A DNA stretch of 64,000 nucleotides from Gemmatimonadota bacterium (GTDB lineage Bacteria > Gemmatimonadota > Gemmatimonadetes > Gemmatimonadales > Gemmatimonadaceae). Location: the NCBI GenBank assembly GCA_003171215.1, contig PMYN01000016.1, positions 46,970-110,969 on the forward strand, in the 5' to 3' direction. Shown here piece by piece: positions 27,656 through 36,063 of the stretch. The notes under the pieces are model-generated. The model was not told the origin of the DNA. It searched no databases and saw only the letters and a program-made list of their open reading frames with translations. The stretch's first letter is position 1. Each line of letters begins with the position of its first letter. The position numbers and the translations under genes are program-made.

Positions 27656-27686
27656 CCCCGGGGCCGAAATCGGCCTCGGGGATTCT
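27656..27686 (+). terminator. stem-loop after fliC (likely intrinsic terminator)
   Basis: ccccggggccg / cggcctcgggg form an 11-bp stem (one G-U pair) with an aaat loop, followed by attct. Confidence 0.5.
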
Positions 27687-27720
27687 CCCGTCTCACCATC
27701 AGCACTGACGCAGCAAGAAG

Positions 27721-30510
27721 ATGACGACTCCCATCGGCACCGTGCAGGGCCTCGCCAGCGGCATTCAGTGGCAAACCATGATCCAGCAGATCGTGGCCGC
27801 CGACTCCGCGCGCGAACTCACTCCCGTCACTACCCAACAAACGGCAGATACCAACGCGAGCGCCGCATGGACGCAGTTCCAAACTGTGATGGGAACATTC
27901 CAGACGGCCGCCGCCGCGCTCGCCGATCCCACCGCATTCGATCTCTTCACGGCCACCGCGCCCAACAGCCCGTCGTCGCAACACGCGCTCCTCTCGGCCA
28001 CCGCCACCACCGGCGCGCAACCCGGCACGTATGCGATGCAGGTGCTCTCGCTCGCCTCCGCCGAGAGCTTGAGCGGTACATCGTTCAGCAGTTCCACGTC
28101 GCCCCGCAACATCAGCGGCCAGTTCGACCTGAACGGCGTCGCCATCACGATCGCCTCGACCGATTCGCTCAGCTCGATTGCCGACAAGATCAACGCCGCC
28201 AACGCCGGCACCACGCCGAGCGGCGTGCAGGCGACCATCCTCTCGGGTACGGGCGGGTCGCACCTGGTGCTCACGAGTGCCACCACGGGTTCGCAGGGGA
28301 TCTCGGTGGTGGACGACACGTCGACGAATGGCACCATGGTCGGAACGTTCGCGGCGCTGGGCTTCACCGACAGCACCGCCGTCGCGAACATCGCCGCCTC
28401 GGGCGCGACACAGACGTTCGCGATGTCGAGCGCCACGCAATCGATCGGCTCGTTGCTCAGTCTCACACCGCCGGCCGGCACGACGATCCTCGTGGGCGGC
28501 AAGCAGATCGCAGTGGACCTGAGCACCGACTCCCTCACGACCATCGCCGCCAAGATCAACACCGCGACCGGAAACCCCAAGGCCGCGAGCGTGCAGTCCA
28601 CCACCGTCGGTTCCACCACGACCTACCAACTCGTCACCGACGGCACCGTAGAAGCCGACCCGTCCGCCACGCCCGCCTCCGACAGCGTCCGCGCACTGGC
28701 AATGCTCGGCTTCACGAAAGCCGGCACCGGCGGCATCGCACAGGTGGTGCAGAGCGCGAACACGTTCACGGACACGAGCACGAGCGCCGGGGCGACTGCT
28801 GGCACACTGCTCTCGAACTTTCAGGTAAACGGCCAGTCGCTCGGCCTCGCCACCGGCGACACCATCAACATCGGCGGCACCCGCGGCGACGGATCGAGCG
28901 TGACCAAGACGTTCACTGTCGCGGACGGTTCCACCATGGCGGACCTTCTCGCCGCCATCAACGATCCGACCTCGGGGTTCGGAACCACGTCCCGCGCTGC
29001 GAATGCGTCGCTTACCTCGACGGGCACGACTGCGGGACAGATCGCCCTCACCGACGGCACCACCGGAGACTCGCAACTCTCGCTCGCCCTCTCCGTGACG
29101 CGCAGCCACAGCGGCGGCACCGGCGCCACGGTCAGCCTCGGCTCGTTCGGAGCCGGCAACGGCGGAACCGTCGGCCGCAGCCGTGAAGTGACCGCCGGCG
29201 CCGACGCGCAGTTCAAGATCGACGGCCAGACGCTCACCCGCAGCTCGAACTCCGTCACCGACGCGATCGCCGGCGTAACGCTGAACCTGCAGAACGCCGA
29301 GCCCGGAACGACCGTCAACCTGACGATTGCGCGCGACACCTCCGGGATCGAATCGAAGATCAACGGCTACGTCACCGCCTACAATGCGGTGCAGAGCTTC
29401 ATCACCACCAACACCGACAACGGCAGCAGCTCGAGCACGCTCAGCTCCACGAGCGCGCAGACGACCACCGCGGGCCCGCTCGCGAACGACATGTCCATCA
29501 AGTCGATGGGCTACTCGATCACGTCGGCATTGATCCAGTCGGTGACCGGGCTGGCCAGCGGAAGCACCTACACGGCCGCCTCGCAAGCCGGACTCATGAC
29601 CGACTCGACCGGCAAGCTCTCGCTGAACACCACGACATTCGAGGCCGCACTACAGAACAACTTCGCTGCGGTGAAGAACATTTTCGTGACGTCGGGCACG
29701 ACGACCGGCAGCGGCCTGAGCTTCGTCTCGGCCGGAACGTCCGCGAAAGCGTCGACCACTCCGTACGCAGTGACGATCTCGCAGGCCGCCACCATGGCGA
29801 GCGTCACGGGATCGGCGTTCTCGACGTACACCGCGACCGCCGGCTCGCCCGACACGATGTCCATCGCCGACACCGCGACCGGCAAGAGCACCGCCATCAC
29901 GCTGGCGAACGGCGACTCCATCGACACGATTGTGCAGCGGATGAACGACGCGTTCTCGCAGCAGGGCATGCACCTGCAGGCGGTGAGGACGGCCGGCAGC
30001 CAAGTGCAGCTCGTCACGAGCGACTACGGCACGACCGGCGGATTCACGGTGTCGGGCACGAACGCGCTCGGCATCGCGGCGCAGAAGTATGCGGGCCTGA
30101 ACGTGGCGGGAAGCATCAACGGCGTTGCGGCGACCGGGAGCGGCCAGTACCTGACCGGCGCCTCGACCAACGCCAGCGCCGGCCTCATCGTTCGTTACAC
30201 CGGCACGGCCGCAGGCACCGGCACCGTCGCTCTCTCACTCGGCGTCGGCGGCCTCACCAACGAGATCGCCACCGGCCTCACGGCCGCGAACACCGGCTCC
30301 ATCGCCCTCGAGATCAACCAGACGCAGCAGGCGGCGACCAACCTCCAGTCGCAGATCGACTCCATCCAGCAGCAGCTCGCCACAGAGCAGACGAACCTCA
30401 CCGCCGAGTACGTGAAGATGGAATCGGCCATGTCCTCCGCGCAGTCGCTCGGCGCCACGCTCACATCACAGATCAATCAGCTCACGCCTGTCACGTCCAG
30501 CACGGCGTGA
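27721..30510 (+). CDS. fliD: flagellar filament cap protein FliD (HAP2), unusually long at 929 aa
   Basis: The N-terminus GLASGIQWQTMIQQIVAADSARELTPV matches the FliD N-terminal pattern. The C-terminus QQAATNLQSQIDSIQQQLATEQTNLTAEYVKMESAMSSAQS matches the FliD C-terminal coiled coil. The long Thr/Ser/Gly/Ala-rich middle contains repeated modules. Confidence 0.85.
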   Translation: MTTPIGTVQGLASGIQWQTMIQQIVAADSARELTPVTTQQTADTNASAAWTQFQTVMGTFQTAAAALADPTAFDLFTATAPNSPSSQHALLSATATTGAQPGTYAMQVLSLASAESLSGTSFSSSTSPRNISGQFDLNGVAITIASTDSLSSIADKINAANAGTTPSGVQATILSGTGGSHLVLTSATTGSQGISVVDDTSTNGTMVGTFAALGFTDSTAVANIAASGATQTFAMSSATQSIGSLLSLTPPAGTTILVGGKQIAVDLSTDSLTTIAAKINTATGNPKAASVQSTTVGSTTTYQLVTDGTVEADPSATPASDSVRALAMLGFTKAGTGGIAQVVQSANTFTDTSTSAGATAGTLLSNFQVNGQSLGLATGDTINIGGTRGDGSSVTKTFTVADGSTMADLLAAINDPTSGFGTTSRAANASLTSTGTTAGQIALTDGTTGDSQLSLALSVTRSHSGGTGATVSLGSFGAGNGGTVGRSREVTAGADAQFKIDGQTLTRSSNSVTDAIAGVTLNLQNAEPGTTVNLTIARDTSGIESKINGYVTAYNAVQSFITTNTDNGSSSSTLSSTSAQTTTAGPLANDMSIKSMGYSITSALIQSVTGLASGSTYTAASQAGLMTDSTGKLSLNTTTFEAALQNNFAAVKNIFVTSGTTTGSGLSFVSAGTSAKASTTPYAVTISQAATMASVTGSAFSTYTATAGSPDTMSIADTATGKSTAITLANGDSIDTIVQRMNDAFSQQGMHLQAVRTAGSQVQLVTSDYGTTGGFTVSGTNALGIAAQKYAGLNVAGSINGVAATGSGQYLTGASTNASAGLIVRYTGTAAGTGTVALSLGVGGLTNEIATGLTAANTGSIALEINQTQQAATNLQSQIDSIQQQLATEQTNLTAEYVKMESAMSSAQSLGATLTSQINQLTPVTSSTA

Positions 30511-30547
30511 GCCGATACTCTGGGAATACCGTTCCGGAGTCCAACGC

Positions 30548-30946
30548 ATGAGGAAGTCGTACGCCAGCGCCAGCGCCAGCGCCTACCGCGAGGCCGAAGT
30601 GCTCTCGGCGCCGCCCGGCCGGCTCGTGGTCATCACATTCGACGGCGTGCTCGCATCGCTGACCCGCGCACGCGTCGGCATCGCCATGTCGAATCACGAA
30701 GTCCTGCTCTCGTCCGTCGACAAGGCGCGCGGCCTGCTCTGCCAGCTGCTCACGTCGCTCGACCGCGACCGCGGCGGCGACATCGCGAAACGCCTCTTCG
30801 CGCTCTACCTGTTCGTCCTCGGCGAGCTCCTCGAAATCTCGATGCGTCCGGATCTCGGGCGCCTCGACCGGAATATTTCACTCATTCGCGAGCTGCGCGA
30901 CGCATTCGACCAGATCGCATCGCAGCCCAAGGGACAGCTCTCGTGA
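30548..30946 (+). CDS. fliS: flagellin-specific chaperone FliS
   Basis: YREAEVLSAPPGRLVVITFDGVLASLTRA ... KARGLLCQLLTSLD ... IAKRLFALYLFVLGEL fits the FliS four-helix-bundle pattern. Confidence 0.85.
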   Translation: MRKSYASASASAYREAEVLSAPPGRLVVITFDGVLASLTRARVGIAMSNHEVLLSSVDKARGLLCQLLTSLDRDRGGDIAKRLFALYLFVLGELLEISMRPDLGRLDRNISLIRELRDAFDQIASQPKGQLS

Positions 30947-31308
30947 CACCGGCTGCCACGTTCGCCATCGAACGATTCTCGCATCTCTCGAGACTATTCG
31001 ATCACGCCCTGACGCACGCCCGAGGCGATTCCCTCGCACTGTCCGAAATCCTCGACCAGGCCGCGATGCTCCTCGACGAAATCGCTCCAGCGGTCGCCGC
31101 CTGCAAGGGCGGTCCGGAAGAAGACATGGTCCTCGAGGCCGCATGCGATGCCCGCGAGCATCACGTCGCCCTGGTGCAGTCGATCGGACTGGAGATCGAG
31201 CGCATCGCGAAGGACCTCGATCGCCTCTCGAGGTCGTCCAAGGCAACTTCGCGCTACGGCGCCGCCATGCAGGGTCCCAAAATCAGGCTGCTCGAACGTT
31301 CGGCCTGA
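30943..31308 (+). CDS. hypothetical helical protein at the fliT position (possible export chaperone)
   Basis: 121-aa ORF. The start overlaps the fliS stop. Sequence appears helical. No family recognised. Confidence 0.4.
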   Translation: MTPAATFAIERFSHLSRLFDHALTHARGDSLALSEILDQAAMLLDEIAPAVAACKGGPEEDMVLEAACDAREHHVALVQSIGLEIERIAKDLDRLSRSSKATSRYGAAMQGPKIRLLERSA

Positions 31309-31386
31309 GCCGATAGGCAAGAGTTGCCGGTCGGTCACTCACTGCATTAGTCTTGCAGGCCTCGGACTTCTCTCGCAGCAACCGGA

Positions 31387-32853
31387 ATGGCGCAGATCCT
31401 GTACGTGGACGACGAACCGTCCATCGGCCTGATACTCCACGATACCCTCGAACGCGCGGGGCACCAGCCCGTCGGCGCCCGTAGTGTCGCGGAAGCGCTC
31501 GGAGTGCTCGCGCGGGAGAGCGTCGACCTCATCGTATCCGACTACCGGATGCCCGGGGTCACCGGCCTCGAATTCCTGAGCCTCCTCGCCGACGAAGGCT
31601 ACGACGTGCCGCTCATAATGCTGACCGGGTACGGCAGCATCGAGCACGCGGTCGCGAGCATCAAGGCCGGGGCGATCGACTACATCACCAAGCCGATCCG
31701 GCCGCAGCAGCTCGAGGTCGCGGTCGAACATGCGCTCGAGTTCGTGCGCCTTCGTCGCGAAAACGAATCGCTTCGGCGCGAGGTGATGGAACTGCGTAAC
31801 GAGCGCCGGATCATCGGCGAATCGACGGCGCTCCGCAGGATCCTGCAGACGGTCGCGATGGCGGCGCGCACGCGGGCCACGGTCTTGCTGCAAGGCGAGA
31901 GCGGCACCGGTAAGGAGCTTTTCGCGCACGCGGTCTGCGACCAGAGCGACCGCGCGGATCGTCCGTTCGTGAAACTGAACTGCGCCGCGCTGCCCGAGGG
32001 GCTCATCGAGAGCGCACTGTTCGGTCACGAGCGCGGCGCGTTCACTGGTGCGGTCAAGCGCGTGGAAGGCGCGTTCGAGCGGGCGCACGGCGGCACGCTC
32101 CTGCTCGACGAAGTCAGCGAGATGCGCCTCGATCTCCAGGCCAAGCTGCTGCGGGTCCTACAGGAACAGGAGTTCGAGCGCGTCGGCGGCACGTCGCCCA
32201 TCAAGGTGGACGTACGGATCATCGCGACGACGAATCGCGACCTCGCCGCGGAGGCCGCCGCCGGAACGTTTCGCCGCGACCTCTATTATCGGCTCAGCGT
32301 CATCCCGATTCTCATTCCTCCGCTTCGCGAACGCCCGGAGGACATTCCGCTGCTCGCGATACGTTTTGCGATAAAGTGCGGCGCCGAGATGGGCAAGGAA
32401 GTGCGCGGAATCTCTCCCGAGGCGCTCCGCTACCTCCAGGCGCAGGAGTGGCCCGGCAACGTGCGCGAGTTGCATCACGCGGTGGAGCGCGCGGTGATCC
32501 TCTCGGACGATTCGATCGTCCAGGCCCACGCGTTCGACTCCGCGCGCTATGGACTCACGCCGATCCACGGCATGCGCGCGCTGACGCGAACGGCGGTGGC
32601 GACGCCGGCCCGCGGGACCGCGGTTGGCGTGCCCAACACGACCGGCCCTGCGACCACCAGCGGAATTGATCCCGGCGTCACCCTCACGACGCTGAATGTC
32701 GCGGAGGTGGAGCGCACGCTGATCACCCGCGCGCTGGAGATGGCGGGTGGTAATCGGACGCGGGCCTCCGAGCTCCTCGGCATCAGCGTAAGAACGCTCC
32801 GGAACAAACTGAACAGTCCGACCGAGAGCGCCGAGGAAGAACAGGCGAGTTGA
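31387..32853 (+). CDS. sigma-54-dependent response regulator (NtrC family; FleR/FlrC/FlbD-like flagellar activator candidate)
   Basis: Receiver ILYVDDEPSIG...DLIVSDYRMPGVTG...TKP. AAA+ domain GESGTGKELFA, GAFTGA (the GAFTGA loop), LLLDEV. C-terminal Fis-type HTH RTRASELLGISVRTLRNKL. Confidence 0.9.
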   Translation: MAQILYVDDEPSIGLILHDTLERAGHQPVGARSVAEALGVLARESVDLIVSDYRMPGVTGLEFLSLLADEGYDVPLIMLTGYGSIEHAVASIKAGAIDYITKPIRPQQLEVAVEHALEFVRLRRENESLRREVMELRNERRIIGESTALRRILQTVAMAARTRATVLLQGESGTGKELFAHAVCDQSDRADRPFVKLNCAALPEGLIESALFGHERGAFTGAVKRVEGAFERAHGGTLLLDEVSEMRLDLQAKLLRVLQEQEFERVGGTSPIKVDVRIIATTNRDLAAEAAAGTFRRDLYYRLSVIPILIPPLRERPEDIPLLAIRFAIKCGAEMGKEVRGISPEALRYLQAQEWPGNVRELHHAVERAVILSDDSIVQAHAFDSARYGLTPIHGMRALTRTAVATPARGTAVGVPNTTGPATTSGIDPGVTLTTLNVAEVERTLITRALEMAGGNRTRASELLGISVRTLRNKLNSPTESAEEEQAS

Positions 32854-32895
32854 GTTCGACCTGAGATTGCACGGACTCTTCCACATCTGATCGCG

Positions 32896-32930
32896 CGGGC
32901 GGCAATTGCTGCCGCCCGTCATTTGTTTTC
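32896..32930 (+). terminator. intrinsic terminator after the sigma-54 activator gene
   Basis: cgggcggca / tgccgcccg form a 9-bp perfect GC-rich stem with a 5-nt loop, followed by tcatttgttttc. Confidence 0.65.
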
Positions 32931-32971
32931 GCACCCGCGCACTCGCGCGGATCTTTGCGACGCAATGATCC

Positions 32972-32997
32972 GTAACTGTTTGTAATCAAACGGTTAC
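32972..32997. promoter_or_regulatory. 26-bp imperfect inverted repeat GTAACTGTTTG-TAAT-CAAACGGTTAC (candidate enhancer/UAS)
   Basis: 10 of 11 positions are symmetric. The centre lies ~55 bp upstream of the flgB sigma-54 promoter. A second perfect palindrome, TTGCGaCGCAA, lies at 32955-32965. Confidence 0.3.
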
Positions 32998-33036
32998 CGC
33001 GATCACGACGAACGCCGCCGGCACGCCGAAGGCGTG

Positions 33037-33052
33037 TGGCATCGTCGTTGCT
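33037..33052 (+). promoter_or_regulatory. sigma-54 promoter of the flgB operon
   Basis: TGGCAT-cgtcg-TTGCT has GG and GC exactly 12 nt apart, matching the consensus TGGCAC-N5-TTGCW. Confidence 0.65.
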
Positions 33053-33059
33053 TTAGTGA

Positions 33060-33377
33060 ATGGCGAAACCTCGACCCATTCACATGCCCATCGACTTCGT
33101 CGGCCGTACCACGTTGGCCAGTCAGCTGAAGGCAAGTCTCGATGCGAGCGCGCAACGGACCCGAACGATAGCGGACCGGGTATCGCGCGCTTCGCTGCCG
33201 CCTCAGGGGTTTTCGCTCCCGGCTGCCGATGGCAAGTCGCCAGCCGGCCAGGAAGCGCCGATTGATGTCGAGACTGAAATGGTGAACCTCGCCGACGAAC
33301 AGTTGCGCTACGCCACCACGGCCAAGCTCCTCCAGAAAACTTATGCGGGCCTGCATGAAAGCCTGCAGAGCAAGTAA
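33060..33377 (+). CDS. flgB: proximal rod protein FlgB (divergent); the alternative start ATG 33084 is more compatible with the promoter
   Basis: First gene before flgC. The C-terminus IDVETEMVNLADEQLRYATTAKLLQKTYAGL fits the FlgB C-terminal pattern. The N-terminal rod motif (N-[IV]-[SA]-N-x-x-T-x-G-[FY]) is not recognisable. Confidence 0.6.
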   Translation: MAKPRPIHMPIDFVGRTTLASQLKASLDASAQRTRTIADRVSRASLPPQGFSLPAADGKSPAGQEAPIDVETEMVNLADEQLRYATTAKLLQKTYAGLHESLQSK

Positions 33378-33380
33378 TAG

Positions 33381-33812
33381 ATGTCGAATCCAATTCCGCT
33401 CCTTCCCACGGGAGCGCCGCCCGTGGGCCGCCCGATGTTCGGCACGCTCGCCGTCTCCGCGACCGGCCTGTCCGCCCAGCGCTTCCGCATGGACACCATC
33501 GCGACGAACGTCGCGAACGCCGAGACCACGCACACGGCGGAAGGCGGACCGTATCGCCGCCGCACGGTGGAGATGCAACCGGCCGCCGGCGCCGGCGTCG
33601 AGGTCACCGGCGTCGCGGAGGACGCGACGGCCGGCCCGCTCGTGTACGACCCGGGCCATCCCGACGCGAACGCCGACGGCTACGTCCGCTATCCGAACGT
33701 CAGCGTGACCGACGAGATGGTGGGCCTGATGGACGCCCGCCGCATGTATGAAGCGAACGCCACCGTCTTTCAGGCGACGAAGTCGATGCTGAAAGCCGCC
33801 ATCGATATCTAA
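33381..33812 (+). CDS. flgC: proximal rod protein FlgC
   Basis: ATGLSAQRFRMDTIATNVANAETTHTAEGGPYRRR ... YVRYPNVSVTDEMVGLMDARRMYEANATVFQATKSM. Confidence 0.9.
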   Translation: MSNPIPLLPTGAPPVGRPMFGTLAVSATGLSAQRFRMDTIATNVANAETTHTAEGGPYRRRTVEMQPAAGAGVEVTGVAEDATAGPLVYDPGHPDANADGYVRYPNVSVTDEMVGLMDARRMYEANATVFQATKSMLKAAIDI

Positions 33813-33822
33813 GGAATCGAAA

Positions 33823-34176
33823 ATGAGCGTCACAGGCGTCAACAACTCGCTGCAGGACCTGCTCGCCACGCGCATCGACCAGACGATCGGCCGGCCGCTC
33901 GACCCGCGGCCTCAGACCGGCGGCACGGCTGCGACCGGCTTCGGCGCGCCCGGCCCGAGCGCATCGAAGTCGGGGAAAGCATCTGCGCTGACGCCGCAGG
34001 CGCCCGAGGGCACGGATCCGGCGCTATGGAGCATCCTCACCGGCGAGGAGCGCGCCTACTTCGCGAACAACATGTCGAGCGGCCTGCTGACCTATTCAAA
34101 GGTCATGATGCCGAACCGCACCACGGCGTCCGCGCTTCCGGTCGCCCGAGGCGGTCGCGTGGACGTGAGGGCCTGA
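33823..34176 (+). CDS. hypothetical protein inserted between flgC and fliE
   Basis: 117 aa with strong GC3. AAGGAA lies upstream. Ends 2 nt before the fliE ATG. The middle is low-complexity and Gly/Pro/Ala-rich. No family recognised. Confidence 0.45.
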   Translation: MSVTGVNNSLQDLLATRIDQTIGRPLDPRPQTGGTAATGFGAPGPSASKSGKASALTPQAPEGTDPALWSILTGEERAYFANNMSSGLLTYSKVMMPNRTTASALPVARGGRVDVRA

Positions 34177-34178
34177 CG

Positions 34179-34511
34179 ATGACGGCTCCGATCGGCGCCG
34201 CGGTCAGCGCCTTCGCGCAAGGAATTCCCATGCAGGGCGGCGGAGACACCGGCGCTCGTCAGGTCCCTGTACTTGGCAAGAGCGCCGAAGGCGGGTCGTT
34301 CGGCGACACGCTCGCGAAAGCGATCAACACGGTCTCGGCGCAACAGGACGGCGCGAACAGCACGCTCAACGCATTCCTGCGCGGCGACAACGTGGAGCTT
34401 CACACCGTGATGGCCGCATCAGAAGAGGCGTCGCTCTCTCTCGAAATGCTGATCGCCGTGCGCGACAAGTTCACCGACGCGTACAAGTCCCTCATTTCGA
34501 TGCAGGGTTGA
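34179..34511 (+). CDS. fliE: flagellar hook-basal body protein FliE
   Basis: SFGDTLAKAINTVSAQQDGANSTLNAFLRGDNVELHTVMAASEEASLSLEMLIAVRDKFTDAYKSLISMQ is a typical FliE. Confidence 0.85.
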   Translation: MTAPIGAAVSAFAQGIPMQGGGDTGARQVPVLGKSAEGGSFGDTLAKAINTVSAQQDGANSTLNAFLRGDNVELHTVMAASEEASLSLEMLIAVRDKFTDAYKSLISMQG

Positions 34512-34517
34512 TAGTTC

Positions 34518-36062
34518 ATGCTGAATGATCTGATGCATCGCGCCGGCGGCGCACGCCGCGTGATGTTTGGTGCGGTGGGGCTCGGCACGGCGCTTCTCAT
34601 CATGGTCATCTCGCGCGTCGCGAACGCGCCGAACTGGGTGCCCGCGATGACCAACGTTCCGCTGCAGAGCGCCTCGGGACTCGCCGACAAGCTCGACCAG
34701 GCCGGCATCAAGTACAAGCTCGACGCGGGCGGCTCGTCCATCCTCGTGGCCGAGGGCGACGTCGCGAAGGCGCGCGTCGCGCTCGCGAAGGACGGACTGC
34801 CGAACGGCGCGCGTCCCGGCCTCGAGCTGTTCGACCGCCCCACCTGGGGCTGGAACGACTTCACGCAGCGGGTGAACTACCGCCGCGCTCTCGAAGGCGA
34901 ACTCGAGCGTACGATCGGCGGCATGCGCGGCGTCGACCGCGCCGAGGTTCACCTCGCACTCTCAGACCAGTCGGCGTTCCGCCGCGCCGATGAGCGATCG
35001 GCAACCGCCTCGGTTGTGCTCGCGCTCAAGCAGGGCGGCGAGCCGAGCGCGGATGTGGTCCAGGGAATCGCGCACCTGGTCTCCGCGAGCGTCGACGGAC
35101 TCGCGCCGGAGAACGTCAGCATCCACGACGAGACCGGCCGCCAATGGTCGGAACCCAACGATGGCAACTCCGCGGCTGGACTGAGCGGCCACGAGCTCCG
35201 CGTGCAACAGGGCGTGGAGACGTATCTCGAGCACAAGGCCGAAGACCTCATATCGCAGCTCGTCGGCCCGAACAATGCACGCGTCCGCGTGTCGGCGAGC
35301 ATCAACTTCGACAAGGTCGAGCGCACCACGCAGGCTATCGATCCCGAGAAGCAGGCGCTCGCCAGCGAACAGAAGTCTGAAATAACACCCGGCCAGCAGG
35401 GCGGCGCGGCCCAGACGAACATCGCGAACAGCTACGAGAACACGAAGAGCACCGAAGTGTTTTCCGGCGCGATCGGCAACGTGAAGCGCGTGACGGTGGC
35501 CGTGCTCGTCAACGACAAGCGACTTCCACCGTCCAGCGCCACCGACACGGTCCCGCGCTACCAGGCGCGCACGGCAGAGGAGCTCTCGCGCATCGAGATG
35601 CTTGTCCGCAGCGCGCTTGGAGTCGACTCGACCCGCGGTGACGCGGTTTCGGTCGTCAGCCTTCCATTCGATCAACCCAGGATCAAGGTGCCACCGCTGC
35701 CGCCCGTCGATTTCGCGACGCGCGTCGAGCAGTACCAGCGTCCGGCCGTGACGGGCGTCGCGCTGTTGCTCGCGTTCCTGCTCGCGATGTTCACGATGCG
35801 CTCCCTGAAGTCGTCGCGCGGCGCGTCGGGCCTCGCCCTTCCCGGCGCGCTCGCGATGAGCGGCGCCAACATGTTGCCGGCTGGCGCGCACGTCCCGAAC
35901 TCGTCGCTCTCGGTCGTCCCCGCGCCGCGCGCCATCTCGGCCGCCCCGAAATTCGTCATTCCCCAGGCCAACACCGAGATCCGCGACAAGGTCATTTCGA
36001 CCGTCGCGCAGAATCCCGACTCGGCCGCGCGCCTCGTGAAGTCCTGGATCAAGGACGGCTGA
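34518..36062 (+). CDS. fliF: MS-ring protein FliF
   Basis: 514 aa with an N-terminal TM. LVAEGDVAKARVALAKDGLP ... NYRRALEGELERTI ... VHLALSDQSAF ... ASVVL, plus a C-terminal TM and tail. Confidence 0.9.
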   Translation: MLNDLMHRAGGARRVMFGAVGLGTALLIMVISRVANAPNWVPAMTNVPLQSASGLADKLDQAGIKYKLDAGGSSILVAEGDVAKARVALAKDGLPNGARPGLELFDRPTWGWNDFTQRVNYRRALEGELERTIGGMRGVDRAEVHLALSDQSAFRRADERSATASVVLALKQGGEPSADVVQGIAHLVSASVDGLAPENVSIHDETGRQWSEPNDGNSAAGLSGHELRVQQGVETYLEHKAEDLISQLVGPNNARVRVSASINFDKVERTTQAIDPEKQALASEQKSEITPGQQGGAAQTNIANSYENTKSTEVFSGAIGNVKRVTVAVLVNDKRLPPSSATDTVPRYQARTAEELSRIEMLVRSALGVDSTRGDAVSVVSLPFDQPRIKVPPLPPVDFATRVEQYQRPAVTGVALLLAFLLAMFTMRSLKSSRGASGLALPGALAMSGANMLPAGAHVPNSSLSVVPAPRAISAAPKFVIPQANTEIRDKVISTVAQNPDSAARLVKSWIKDG

Positions 36063-36063
36063 G

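Noticed and set aside
27469-29586. 705-aa minus-strand ORF
   Set aside because: It lies antisense to fliD. Its composition is Arg/Gly/Ala-rich, typical of the wrong frame in GC-rich DNA, and the plus-strand frame has clear FliD termini.
31309-31316. GCCGATAG sigma-28 -10-like octamer upstream of the sigma-54 activator gene
   Set aside because: No acceptable -35 (TAAAGTTT-like) is present at 11-12 nt spacing, so it is probably a chance match.
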